Of a DNA stretch of 64,000 nucleotides, positions 25,552-35,444 are shown in pieces. How positions within the stretch are numbered: position 1 is the first letter of the stretch; each line of letters starts with the position of its first letter. The translations under genes and the position numbers were made by a program. Origin of the DNA: a virus. The DNA is taken from the IMG/VR virus record IMGVR_UViG_3300025584_000449, positions 96,001 through 160,000 of that record. One strand, given 5' to 3'. Under the pieces are notes generated by a model. It saw only the letters and a program-made list of their open reading frames with translations. It was not told where the DNA came from and searched no databases.

Positions 25552-27930
25552 TTAAAGTGTAGTTATTTCTTTTGCTACTAAGTCATCGTTGTGTAGTGCA
25601 TATAATCTATTTACTAGCCTATCCATACCAACTTGAGCAGCATTTCCTTTATCAACAATACAAATATACTTTCCAGAATTGTAGTCAAAGACCTTGCAAT
25701 CATTGTGATTATTAGAGTCAGGCTCTAATGATCCTTTTTCAACAAAGTAAGTTCTTATTTTGCCTTTTATTTTATACCCTTTGACTCTTCCTCTAGTGGT
25801 GTCTTTTGTTTCCTCTGTTAATTTAAATAACTTAATGGTGTCAGTTAGTAGTTCCTGACTCTTCTTTAAAGCTTCAACATAAGCTTTTCGTCCAGCAGTT
25901 ATAATATCTTTAACATCGTCTACGGTTACACCCTCTACTATTTTTTCATTAAGTAGTAGATCTACCACATCTAAAATACTTCTTTTATTTGATATTGTCA
26001 AGAATCTATTTGTATTACGAATTCTGTATGAGTTCCCATCTAGAACCATAGAGGTTGTACGACCTTTTCTAGTAATCGGGAATTTTATAGAGAATTGATT
26101 GTAATTATTATGTCCTGGAGATGACCCCATTACATCACTTACTCCACTAATATTAATACCACGGTGCAGTAATTTATGTAATTTTAACGAACATTTTCTA
26201 ACCGAGTCTAGGAAATAATCGAAGTCCTCCTGGGTCTCAAAGCACAAAGCTCGCTCGAGACATTCATCAACTTCATTCTTATTAATACGATTTTCATTAA
26301 TGTAGTATCTTGTAGAGGTCACACCTCTTGTAGAGGTGGATGATTTTATCTCAAGATTAAAATTAACGTTACCTATTGTACCAGCGGTGCTCTTACTACC
26401 CAGACTTAAATAACTTAAAAATGTTGCGTAAACAAGATCCCAGTCAATGGAATTAGGATCTGTGTTTCTTAACATCTTATCAAATACATCATTAAGCCAT
26501 CTGTCGTGCCCTGTATAGGTATTCTTATCAATAGAAAGTGTTTGTCCTGCGTAACTAATAGAGTCCTCAGTTATATCAATACCGTTTAATTTAGTTTTCT
26601 TTATTGTTTCTAAATTATTAATAACTTTGGTTATCTTCTTAGTCATTATGTTTTTACTTTGAACTACTTTTTGAGTGCGTTCTTCTTTTTTCATGTGCAG
26701 TCTCAAGATAGTATTCAAAGTACCATTATCTAAAACAACAACTCTATCTTCACTAGCCTTTGTCTTTAGATAATTTTCGATTATTACTTTATTAAGCATA
26801 ACCGGGGCAGGGTCTGTTAATACAGCTTCACCCAGCGTTAGTAATGGGTCATCATTACCTCTATTTGCCACAGTACCATCAGGACCAAGCTTGTAATATA
26901 CTAAGTGTCCAGCATCAGCGTAGTCATACCAAGAACTAGTTGCTTCTACTTTAAACCAACTAAAGTAATCTCCTGCACAAAATTCTGCTGCGTTATGAAT
27001 TCGTGGAGTGTTGTAATAAGGAAATGTACTTGAGCTACCGACTACACAATATCTAGTGTTATGATGTTCATATACTGAATGTATGTATCTAAACTTGTTA
27101 TTTTCTTTTAATAACTCTAGTTGCTCAGGAGTAGGCTCTTTAGTAGTAATCTTATCAAAGTTTGTTGTATAAGATTCTTTTAAAAATAAATCTATCTCAT
27201 TTATCTTTAATCCAGAAGCGTTAGAATTATATCCACGCCTGCTGCTTAAGAGCCAATTACCAAAACTATTTATTGGCAGAGTTGAGTCTTTGCCAAAATA
27301 AAAGTTTTTTGTATAAGATAGAGCAACCTGTGCATTACTAAAATGACAGGTACCCAATAACTGAAATTTATTATTGTTCTCTCCGTACCCTCTGTTTCTA
27401 TCTAGAAATGAGTTATAACTGGAGAATCGTTCTTGAATTTTACTTATCTTTTCAAGATCAGCTAGATCTGTATCCTTTAATGAATCAATAATAAAGGTGT
27501 CTTTATCAGTAATAATAGGACAGTTACTTCCATAGTTATTAGTCTTTGTCAATGAATAAAAGAATTTTATCTTTCCTTTAGGTATCATCTTATTTATACT
27601 TTTAACTTGCTCTTCTGGCAAAGTTTCAAAAAGTTCACCTATGTCTTGATTAATTTCTTTTGCCCAATCGTAATTAGCTATAGCAGTTGTTACGTCACCC
27701 TGTGAAGTAAAGTTATAGTCATTATCCAGTAAAAACTGATGGTAAGCTAACATTTTTCCTGTATTAAATAAAAACCCTATATGACTTCTTAAACTACTAT
27801 CCCCAGACTGTAATACTGGGCTTGACTTAAACTTAAACGAGGTCTTTTTAAGTAAGTCATAGTCTGCTTCTTCAAATCCTAGATCATATAATGCGTTTAT
27901 TACTTTTAATCTACCGGACGGTATTCTCAT
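25552..27930 (-). CDS. Large protein of unknown function co-transcribed with the Ubl-JAB-E1 genes
   Basis: 792-aa ORF ending 15 nt before the Ubl start; C-terminal YICIVDK...DRLVNRLYALHND..VAKEITTL. Confidence 0.6.
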   Translation of the reverse strand: MRIPSGRLKVINALYDLGFEEADYDLLKKTSFKFKSSPVLQSGDSSLRSHIGFLFNTGKMLAYHQFLLDNDYNFTSQGDVTTAIANYDWAKEINQDIGELFETLPEEQVKSINKMIPKGKIKFFYSLTKTNNYGSNCPIITDKDTFIIDSLKDTDLADLEKISKIQERFSSYNSFLDRNRGYGENNNKFQLLGTCHFSNAQVALSYTKNFYFGKDSTLPINSFGNWLLSSRRGYNSNASGLKINEIDLFLKESYTTNFDKITTKEPTPEQLELLKENNKFRYIHSVYEHHNTRYCVVGSSSTFPYYNTPRIHNAAEFCAGDYFSWFKVEATSSWYDYADAGHLVYYKLGPDGTVANRGNDDPLLTLGEAVLTDPAPVMLNKVIIENYLKTKASEDRVVVLDNGTLNTILRLHMKKEERTQKVVQSKNIMTKKITKVINNLETIKKTKLNGIDITEDSISYAGQTLSIDKNTYTGHDRWLNDVFDKMLRNTDPNSIDWDLVYATFLSYLSLGSKSTAGTIGNVNFNLEIKSSTSTRGVTSTRYYINENRINKNEVDECLERALCFETQEDFDYFLDSVRKCSLKLHKLLHRGINISGVSDVMGSSPGHNNYNQFSIKFPITRKGRTTSMVLDGNSYRIRNTNRFLTISNKRSILDVVDLLLNEKIVEGVTVDDVKDIITAGRKAYVEALKKSQELLTDTIKLFKLTEETKDTTRGRVKGYKIKGKIRTYFVEKGSLEPDSNNHNDCKVFDYNSGKYICIVDKGNAAQVGMDRLVNRLYALHNDDLVAKEITTL

Positions 27931-27949
27931 ATATTTCTTTTTTTCTTTT

Positions 27950-28315
27950 TTAGTTTTTAAGGATACTTAGTACTAAGAATCCATTATCGTCATTATCTGC
28001 GTTTACCTCTTTACCTATTAATTCCTGTAATGAGTTAACTTCGTAGAATTTAATTAATTTCGCTAACCCAGTATAACTGGATAGTTCTCCATCGTCATTT
28101 ATATTGATCCAAAGTCCTGCTTTTTTAGATTCTCCACGATCCTCTAGAAGAAGGTCACTAATCTTGAACTCTCTTCCTTCTGCATCGCGGACTGTAAAAA
28201 TGGCTTTACTGCTAGGACCACTCGGTAAATTAACTTCTTCTTGGTCAATATTTATGACTGTTACTGTCTTATTGGAGCGTCCTACTCCAATGTTTAAAAA
28301 ATCTTTATCGTTCAT
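27950..28315 (-). CDS. Hypothetical protein (beta-rich, possible OB-fold)
   Basis: 121-aa ORF in the same operon; no confident family. Confidence 0.5.
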   Translation of the reverse strand: MNDKDFLNIGVGRSNKTVTVINIDQEEVNLPSGPSSKAIFTVRDAEGREFKISDLLLEDRGESKKAGLWININDDGELSSYTGLAKLIKFYEVNSLQELIGKEVNADNDDNGFLVLSILKN

Positions 28316-28683
28316 TTATTATTATCGGTTTGATTATTAAAGAAAGGGCCTGCTAATTGCACAGCGTTTTGTCTAGTTGAATTAATGCACGCCATCATAG
28401 TGTCTGCGATAGCTTTAATTAGCTCTGCACCCTGATACTTCTTATGCAAAGTAATAGCTATATTTCTGGTAGTTTCTTCAAGCTCTGCCTGTAGTGCTTG
28501 GTTGCAAACACAGTTCTGAGGAGATCTGCGAGCTTCAAACAGGTCCTGCTTGGTTAACTTTGAAGTAAACTCTGAGTGGCCACATTTGAAACAGGAAGGG
28601 TTCTGATCCCTAACACATGTTTCAATATAATGAATGTGGTCACACTTTTTGCACTTGATGTAACGAATTTTTAGTTCATGCAT
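28312..28683 (-). CDS. Hypothetical zinc-ribbon protein
   Basis: CKKCDH...CFKCGH; start refined to ATG 28683 (AAGGA SD; the longer ORF overlaps a terminator). Confidence 0.55.
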   Translation of the reverse strand: MHELKIRYIKCKKCDHIHYIETCVRDQNPSCFKCGHSEFTSKLTKQDLFEARRSPQNCVCNQALQAELEETTRNIAITLHKKYQGAELIKAIADTMMACINSTRQNAVQLAGPFFNNQTDNNK

Positions 28684-28710
28684 TGTACGAATTAAGTCCT
28701 TTATAAATGT

Positions 28711-28746
28711 AAAAATAAGGGAGAGAAGCAATTTGCTTCTCCCCCG
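28711..28746 (-). terminator. Rho-independent terminator downstream of the RNR gene
   Basis: Minus strand GGGGGAGAAGCA-AAT-TGCTTCTCTCCC followed by TTATTTTT. Confidence 0.7.
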
Positions 28747-28800
28747 TTCAATATAAAACTAAGCGATGTCGCCTAGTTATTCTTCTTATACCAAAATAAC

Positions 28801-30762
28801 CTAAGTTGTTATTGTACAGTTATCTCCATCGCAATATTTCAATCCTTTGCCATCAATATTAATTGAACTGAAGTCTAATTCTTTTAAGTTACTCTTCATT
28901 TCAATATATTGTTCCTTGGTAATAGCTTCGTATGGAGCCTGCTCATATGAATGAGTACCTAACGGTAAGAAAGACGCACTCTTTAAACGAGTTTCATATA
29001 ACTCAAGTGCGCGAGGGAGATCTTTCTTTTCATTCTCTTGAAATGTGATAGTATTACTAACTGCATTGTCCGCCCAGTACTGCTGGTATTGCGCAGTATT
29101 TTCTAACTGTTCCCACAGAGTTACATCATATTTAGATTTCTCATAAAATTGTTCCTCTACTGGGAACTCTACAACTAAGGTTTTCCCACCTGAGTCATAT
29201 ACGTCATCTTCAATTTTATATCCAGCTTCCCTTAGTATGGGGATTAGCTCTGAAGTATTAGAGAATCTAATACGTCTAATATAATACTTATTTTCTGGAT
29301 AATGTATACCAGGAGTGGCTCCACATAAAAGAGATACCGTACCAGATGGTTTTACTGTAGTAATTTTCTTACTAGTCGGAATAGCCATCCAGTCAGAGAA
29401 GATTTTATCAAGCTCTCTTAGATGCTTGTAAGATTCGTCGCTCCATTTTAACATCTCTCTGCGACCATGTTTACGGAACGCCTGTATAATACCTGATTGT
29501 GATACACCTATGCGTCTGTTCTTAAGCATCTTGGCATTAGTCTCTGGCCAATGTGTTTTAGCTAGAGTCATAGTCTTTGCATATAAATAAGCTAGCTTAA
29601 GTGTGCGTTTATACTCAGCCAAAGTTTCATGATTAGCTGGGAAGGTTTCTACTAGATTACATAGTTCACCTGATTCGAGGAAGATTTCCCCACAAGGATT
29701 AACACCCATAACAAAAGAATCATCACACCACTCGCCCATACGACCATTCCATCTTGCGTTCTCTAACCACAGATACCCAGGCTCACCTTGTTTTATTGTA
29801 TTTTTAGTAGCCTCTGAATAGTCCATGCCTATCGTACAAGCTATAGCATTATTACTTCCATACCTATGTGACTTTAATTTTTCTTCATCATGCTTTAGTT
29901 CCATATACTCTTTATCTAATGGGTCACCTAAAGCTAGAGCAGCAGAACGTCTTACATTACCAGCTATTACACATTTCGAAATATAGTTTTCTATGTCTAC
30001 TATATCACTAGAAGTAATTTCTTCACCTTCACGGCCTTCAAAATGTTTTTGAATAGTAGTATGTAAAACTATTAATGGTTCTGGGCCACTAGCAGTACCA
30101 CCAAATCCTTTAATAGGCTCTCCATAAGCTCTTATTTGATCATACTCAAATGTAGGTAATGGGCCACCATTAAAGTAGGCATTTAGAATTAATCCTACAG
30201 ATTCAACCCACCCTTCTCTAGTATCAGGAATACTATATACTAATCCGTTAGTTATTTCTGGAGTTTGTATCTCTAATTTCCCTGTTCCTAAAGTATCGAA
30301 TCCTACTCCCACTCCAAGCATTAACGCGTCCATTATAAATTCATAAATTTCAGGCCCACGTTTAGCTATGTCGTTTGTACTAATCATGGCGCAGTTAAAC
30401 AAAGCTGCTGCTGTTTTATTTTCTGCATAATTAGTTCCGTTAGCCCATAGCCCTCTACCGGCAGGTAGAAACCTAAAGTCCCACATTGCCCGGTACATAG
30501 CTTGTGCGGTTCTTTGGGCTTGGACATTATTCCAGCTTAAACTATTTTTTATAATATGCGTTTTTTGCATATTAAATGTACCCTCTACCACACGTCTTAA
30601 AGTATCACAGAATTCTTCTGTTGTCCCATCATCTCTTTTTCTGGCGTAAGTTCGTTTGTATGTTACGTACCCAAGTGGTCCCCACTTAGGTTGACTACCT
30701 TTAAACTCGTCTATAAAAGTGTCAGATAGATAAAAAGCTCTATGCTGAGTCGGTTGAACCAT
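28801..30762 (-). CDS. nrdJ: Class II (B12-dependent) ribonucleotide reductase, RTPR type
   Basis: TYKRTYAR, LPAGRGLW, FNC, NPCGEI..ELCNL, TVKPSGT, QAPYEAIT, C-terminal CDGDNC redox pair. Confidence 0.92.
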   Translation of the reverse strand: MVQPTQHRAFYLSDTFIDEFKGSQPKWGPLGYVTYKRTYARKRDDGTTEEFCDTLRRVVEGTFNMQKTHIIKNSLSWNNVQAQRTAQAMYRAMWDFRFLPAGRGLWANGTNYAENKTAAALFNCAMISTNDIAKRGPEIYEFIMDALMLGVGVGFDTLGTGKLEIQTPEITNGLVYSIPDTREGWVESVGLILNAYFNGGPLPTFEYDQIRAYGEPIKGFGGTASGPEPLIVLHTTIQKHFEGREGEEITSSDIVDIENYISKCVIAGNVRRSAALALGDPLDKEYMELKHDEEKLKSHRYGSNNAIACTIGMDYSEATKNTIKQGEPGYLWLENARWNGRMGEWCDDSFVMGVNPCGEIFLESGELCNLVETFPANHETLAEYKRTLKLAYLYAKTMTLAKTHWPETNAKMLKNRRIGVSQSGIIQAFRKHGRREMLKWSDESYKHLRELDKIFSDWMAIPTSKKITTVKPSGTVSLLCGATPGIHYPENKYYIRRIRFSNTSELIPILREAGYKIEDDVYDSGGKTLVVEFPVEEQFYEKSKYDVTLWEQLENTAQYQQYWADNAVSNTITFQENEKKDLPRALELYETRLKSASFLPLGTHSYEQAPYEAITKEQYIEMKSNLKELDFSSINIDGKGLKYCDGDNCTITT

Positions 30763-31189
30763 ATCCCTTTGTTCCCCTATCTGTTTTCGACAATTCGTCT
30801 GTTTCCTTTAAAGTAATTTCGGGAACAGGTAATATAACCATTTGAGCTATACTTTCTCCCTCTTCGATAATAAGTGGATATGGTCCTGTATTATTTAATA
30901 TAATACCTATCTCTCCACGGTATTCAGAGTCTATGACTCCTGCTTTAACTTTTAAAGTGGTAGTTGACCCCAGACCACTTCTATCGTGGAGTTGTCCATA
31001 CCATCCTTTTGGTATTTCTACAGCAATGCCTGTTTGTAAAACTTTAGTCGAATGTCCTGTTAATCTGTATTTATATAATGCACAAAGATCTATACCTGCT
31101 GAGGTGTCATATCCTTTTTGCGGTGCTTTTGCTTTATTATCCAATAACTTATATTTAATTACAAGTTTTTTATTTTTTTGTTCAGCCAT
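30740..31189 (-). CDS. dut: Trimeric dUTPase
   Basis: SAGIDL, RSGLG, GVIDSEYRGE, IAQ, RGTKGYGST motifs 1-5. Confidence 0.93.
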   Translation of the reverse strand: MAEQKNKKLVIKYKLLDNKAKAPQKGYDTSAGIDLCALYKYRLTGHSTKVLQTGIAVEIPKGWYGQLHDRSGLGSTTTLKVKAGVIDSEYRGEIGIILNNTGPYPLIIEEGESIAQMVILPVPEITLKETDELSKTDRGTKGYGSTDSA

Positions 31190-31429
31190 TTACTTTACTT
31201 TCTTTAATAGCACTACTGCTAAAATTTCTTTTACGTCTAATAACATTGGGTATCTTACACAAGGCCCTATCACTTCTTCTGAAAGTTTAGGATCTTTTGT
31301 TTGATCAAAAGGTATAAGTGTAAATATTCCTTCGTCATTTATATTTGCAAGTTCCCCTACATAGGCAACTGCGATATTTACTTTTAGTACTGGCTGAATT
31401 ATACAGCCTACATGTTCTTTAGTAATCAT
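31190..31429 (-). CDS. Hypothetical protein
   Basis: Between recU and dut; start refined to ATG 31429 (ATGA overlap with the recU stop). Confidence 0.45.
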   Translation of the reverse strand: MITKEHVGCIIQPVLKVNIAVAYVGELANINDEGIFTLIPFDQTKDPKLSEEVIGPCVRYPMLLDVKEILAVVLLKKVK

Positions 31430-31881
31430 AATATATCTTTGAGATACTCGTTGATCTCTACTAACCATTCTTTTTTAAATTCGGTAATTGGTATAGACTT
31501 TCTTGTTTCACGTTCCCAGTATCTTATAATAAGATCCATTGGAACTATAAAAGCCTTTGACTCATACAGTGTAGTAAAATGAATTAGAAAAAACGCTACC
31601 CCACCAAGTTTATTTGCATACTTTAAATACTCGTATTGGTGCTGGTGTATATTTTTTAGTGGAAATGATGTTTTACTTTTAGTTTCTTTAGCATCGTATG
31701 CTATAAACTTTCCACCTTTTAATATTCCTACAAAATCTACTGTAGACTTTTGTGGGATTGCTCCATGTTTAGTTATAGTTATACCCGTTGGTACTTTTAA
31801 TATTAAAGCTTCGTCTGCTTTTCTATAACTGATGTTTGCTTTATTAGCAGCCTTCTCTAATTCATTACCACGTAGTGCCAT
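31426..31881 (-). CDS. recU: RecU-family Holliday junction resolvase
   Basis: RGNELE..N..Y, STVDFVG, AYDAKET, FPL.NIH.HQ. Confidence 0.85.
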   Translation of the reverse strand: MALRGNELEKAANKANISYRKADEALILKVPTGITITKHGAIPQKSTVDFVGILKGGKFIAYDAKETKSKTSFPLKNIHQHQYEYLKYANKLGGVAFFLIHFTTLYESKAFIVPMDLIIRYWERETRKSIPITEFKKEWLVEINEYLKDIL

Positions 31882-31905
31882 ATTAACCCAATTCTTTTAT
31901 AATCA

Positions 31906-32634
31906 TTATTTAGAATGTACTAACTTCCAGCCGTTTTGTACAGCTTTTTCTACACAATTATCTCTAATAATTGTATGATTATTTTTATCTCGGTTAACCC
32001 AAGAACTTACAGAATCGTTCCCTAGTGCGCTTCCATTTAGGCTACCCCAAATACTTCTATCAGTGTCTGGATGTGGTGGAACATATGTTTTAATGCCACC
32101 ATATTTTTGTGCTGCATACGAGAAATGGATATCTTCGGCATTATCCCAGCTCAAGGGCGCCTCCATCCAAAAATACTTTAACCAATCATATTTAAAAAAC
32201 CAGGCGTGTCCTACTAGATCTACTTCTATAGGCTCATTGCTTTTTTGCCCGTTCCAACCAATTTTTCTATGATCCCTATAGTTAGTATTCTTAGTTAAAT
32301 ATATGCCAGTAGTTCCAAGAATACCCTCGTGTGTTTTCATTGTATTAATACAATTCTCAAACCATTTAGGTCCTGGTATTGTATCATCGTCAAAAATACA
32401 AACGTATTCGGTTCTTGCTAATAACGCATATGCAAACCTACCGATAAATTTAAAGTTATGATTGCACGAAGCAGTTTTAACTCCTGGCAATGCCTTTTGA
32501 GCATGCTCTGCATTTTCTCCATTATACCACATCATTATATCAGTTGGAGCTATTGTCTGATTTTTAATAGCTTCTAATTGTCTTTCTAAATTTTGTGGAC
32601 GTTTCCATCCTGTCAGTATTGCTGTTATTTTCAT
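31906..32634 (-). CDS. Glycosyltransferase (GT-A/GT2-like)
   Basis: YVCIFDDDTIPG DxD motif; GIL G, VDLVGH; start refined to ATG 32634. Confidence 0.75.
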   Translation of the reverse strand: MKITAILTGWKRPQNLERQLEAIKNQTIAPTDIMMWYNGENAEHAQKALPGVKTASCNHNFKFIGRFAYALLARTEYVCIFDDDTIPGPKWFENCINTMKTHEGILGTTGIYLTKNTNYRDHRKIGWNGQKSNEPIEVDLVGHAWFFKYDWLKYFWMEAPLSWDNAEDIHFSYAAQKYGGIKTYVPPHPDTDRSIWGSLNGSALGNDSVSSWVNRDKNNHTIIRDNCVEKAVQNGWKLVHSK

Positions 32635-33221
32635 ATCTCTACCTTGTATATGCAAAAACAATTTTCAACAGATTCAAAATATAATGATGCTTTTGGAAAA
32701 ATTATTTTTAGATTATCAATAAATGGATAATGGTTATAATCATCTACTAAAATGTAAGTTTCTTTTTTTAACATGGATTTTATTAAATTAAAAGCAAAAC
32801 TTCTTCCATTACCGTGTGGGCCATCTAGCAGTATTAAGTCAAAGGGTTGATTCACTAAATCATTATCTTCTATTGAATAAAAACAGTATTTTTGTCTAGT
32901 GTGTTCTTTTAATATTTGTGGAAATTTATTAAATTCTTCAATATTAAAGGATTTTTTATTTTCTATAATGCTGTTATAATATTCTTTGGTTGCTTGTCTT
33001 ACAGGTCTTATAAGAACATTTTCTTCTTTAGCGGAATATGTACTATCACCGTCAAAAGATACATAATTTATATTAAGATCTTTAAGAAAACTTGTACTAA
33101 CTCCTGAACCAAATTCTAAAACATTTGTTAATTTTTTATCACGTATTAATATAAAAAGCTGTTCAAAAGCTTCTTTGCATAATGTCCACCCACTATATTC
33201 GTATTTCTCGTAATTTATCAT
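32631..33221 (-). CDS. Class I SAM-dependent methyltransferase
   Basis: VLEFGSGVST motif I; FDLILLDGPHG; ILVDDY. Confidence 0.8.
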   Translation of the reverse strand: MINYEKYEYSGWTLCKEAFEQLFILIRDKKLTNVLEFGSGVSTSFLKDLNINYVSFDGDSTYSAKEENVLIRPVRQATKEYYNSIIENKKSFNIEEFNKFPQILKEHTRQKYCFYSIEDNDLVNQPFDLILLDGPHGNGRSFAFNLIKSMLKKETYILVDDYNHYPFIDNLKIIFPKASLYFESVENCFCIYKVEI

Positions 33222-33871
33222 ATACCAGGCTCCTCTAAATTTTCAGATTTAAAAAATTCTTCCCACCCTTTACTTTTTTTAAGTCCTATTCTGACAGCAT
33301 TAAAGTAAGGATCTTTTATACTTCTATCTATATAGATGTTGTGATTAGTTGAAAGTAACTTTTTACTTCCTTTTAGCTCAAAATCATGAGGAGAGTATCT
33401 TGGATCCAATGTTTGGTTAAGATGTTTTTTACTCCATATAGACGGCTGCATTGTAATAAGAAATCCACTATTAGCTGATAATTTTTCTAGACCATTAATA
33501 TCACAAGGTTCGTAAGTTTGATTTCCCCCTGGAGAGATCTGAAGTCTATCCATATTATGCTGTTCCATCATCTTTATATAATAGTTGATTTGGTCATTAG
33601 AATATACATATTTTAAAAAATAGTCTTCTAAAATAAAGAATATATAATCTGTAGGGCAGGCATTAATTCCTTGGAGCATTCTTTCTCCCCAAGCTAATTT
33701 CCCAGGAGTAACGGTTTTAAAATTTGTTTCTGTTATATTTGGAACTTCTAATGTCTCACTTACAAATATATTTTCTGTTGGGTGTGGCCAATATTTATTA
33801 AAATTTTTTGTAAATGCTTCCCATAAAACAGAATATTGATCGCAAGTACCTATTAATACGCTAAGATTCAT
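33218..33871 (-). CDS. Glycosyltransferase-like protein (GT-A)
   Basis: SVLIGTCD.Y..LW; YIFFILEDYF acidic motif; located in the GT island. Confidence 0.55.
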   Translation of the reverse strand: MNLSVLIGTCDQYSVLWEAFTKNFNKYWPHPTENIFVSETLEVPNITETNFKTVTPGKLAWGERMLQGINACPTDYIFFILEDYFLKYVYSNDQINYYIKMMEQHNMDRLQISPGGNQTYEPCDINGLEKLSANSGFLITMQPSIWSKKHLNQTLDPRYSPHDFELKGSKKLLSTNHNIYIDRSIKDPYFNAVRIGLKKSKGWEEFFKSENLEEPGI

Positions 33872-34731
33872 TATACCATCTCCACTATTTCATCAATTGT
33901 GTATTGTGCAACTTCATTAGAATAAGGGCCCTCTTTAAGAATTTTTTCATGCATATTTTCTCCAGGTTGAAGGCCAATAGTAATTATTTTAATATTACTA
34001 TTTCCATATTTTTTAATCATAGCTTTTGCTAGATTTCTAACAGATACAGATTTCATAGTAGGGCAATATAGTCTAGAATCTTTTGAATTTTTAAGACATT
34101 CAAATATTAAATCTACAGCTTGTTCTACTGACCAATAAAATCTTGTAGCATTACCATCTGTAATAGTTATTGGTTTATTCTCTTCAATTAATTTTTTCCA
34201 CTTACATAAAACAGACCCAGTAGAGTATAAAATGTTACCATATCTTACTAATCTATAGTTTGTATTTGGAAATATTTTCTCATACTGCTCAAATAGTTTT
34301 TCCATAAGAAGTTTAGAAGCACCATAAACTCCAGCAACTTGTGCTGCTTTATCAGTACTAATTCCTAAAATAAAATCTAATTCCATATTTGCGGATTCTT
34401 CTAATAGAATGCTAGAACCTATAACGTTAGAATTTATACATTCTAAAGACTGTATTTCTGCCATACCTACATGCTTAAAAGCAGCAAGATGAAATATGCC
34501 ATTTACGTTCTTTAATGCTTGTATACAAGAAAATCTATTAGAGATATCTCCAGTTAATATTTCAATAGATGGATATTTCATTTTTAATTTAATTAGAGAC
34601 CCCTCATTACGAGCTAATACCCTAACCAAACCTCCTTGTTGTAATATTCTATCTATTAAACTGTCGCCAAGAAATCCAGAGCCACCAGTGACTAAGTATA
34701 ATTTATTCTTTTCTATTGTAATGTTGTTCAT
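33871..34731 (-). CDS. NDP-sugar 4,6-dehydratase (PseB/CapD-like SDR)
   Basis: VTGGSGFLG, FHLAAFKHV, STDKA..YGASK, VRYGNI..STGSV, TRF, GLQPGENMHE; start probably ATG 34731. Confidence 0.85.
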   Translation of the reverse strand: MNNITIEKNKLYLVTGGSGFLGDSLIDRILQQGGLVRVLARNEGSLIKLKMKYPSIEILTGDISNRFSCIQALKNVNGIFHLAAFKHVGMAEIQSLECINSNVIGSSILLEESANMELDFILGISTDKAAQVAGVYGASKLLMEKLFEQYEKIFPNTNYRLVRYGNILYSTGSVLCKWKKLIEENKPITITDGNATRFYWSVEQAVDLIFECLKNSKDSRLYCPTMKSVSVRNLAKAMIKKYGNSNIKIITIGLQPGENMHEKILKEGPYSNEVAQYTIDEIVEMV

Positions 34732-35444
34732 TTCCAAATACATTTCTTTTTTAAAGTGTCGGCACCAATTAGATATCCCCTAGTTCCACCACCAAATAAT
34801 TCAACATCAAAAGTTGACCCAGCATCGAGATAGGTATTATTAGGGTTAGCTTCGTGTAGCCTATGAGCAAGAATATTTCCAAAAGGCCCTGCACAGAATA
34901 AGAATAAATAATTTTCTAAGTCTTTACTATATTCTATAATTTCTTTTACTAGATCTTTATTATCTAGCCAAGCGTTAGTTCCAACTCTAAAATCTTTTTC
35001 AACTTTAAATGGTAGTTTATCTAATTTTGCTTTATGATTACAAACCATTATTATTTTATAATCATTAAATAGAGGAACAAGGGTTGATCTGTAATATTTA
35101 TAGTTACCATTAACAAAAAGATTAGCCCAAGTTAGGTTTTCAACAGGCTGTTTACTTAGATCTTTCATACTATAAAAGGTATTTCCCATACAACAATAAC
35201 ACCCTATGCCAACATAATAATCTGAATGGATATATTGAAAAGATTTTAATAACTCAGCACGCCGTAGCTCATCTTCTATATTATCTGGTTGATATTTAAA
35301 CTCTCCATTGGCTTTTCTAGTAAGATCAATATGATCTCCGTCTAAAATTCTCCACTCGCCATCTGCATATTTAGAAAAGGTAAAATGTTTTCCATCTTTT
35401 AAAAATTGTTCGAATTTTTGTAAATCTTGTCTAAAATTTTTCAT
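34728..35444 (-). CDS. GT-D fold (DUF1792-like) glycosyltransferase-like protein
   Basis: FSKYADGE (compare RFGDGE), LFCAGP, YLDAGS.FD. Confidence 0.6.
   Translation of the reverse strand: MKNFRQDLQKFEQFLKDGKHFTFSKYADGEWRILDGDHIDLTRKANGEFKYQPDNIEDELRRAELLKSFQYIHSDYYVGIGCYCCMGNTFYSMKDLSKQPVENLTWANLFVNGNYKYYRSTLVPLFNDYKIIMVCNHKAKLDKLPFKVEKDFRVGTNAWLDNKDLVKEIIEYSKDLENYLFLFCAGPFGNILAHRLHEANPNNTYLDAGSTFDVELFGGGTRGYLIGADTLKKKCIWK

Noticed and set aside
28684-28731. Longer N-terminus of the zinc-ribbon ORF given by the ORF track
   Set aside because: It overlaps the terminator hairpin; ATG 28683 has an AAGGA SD.
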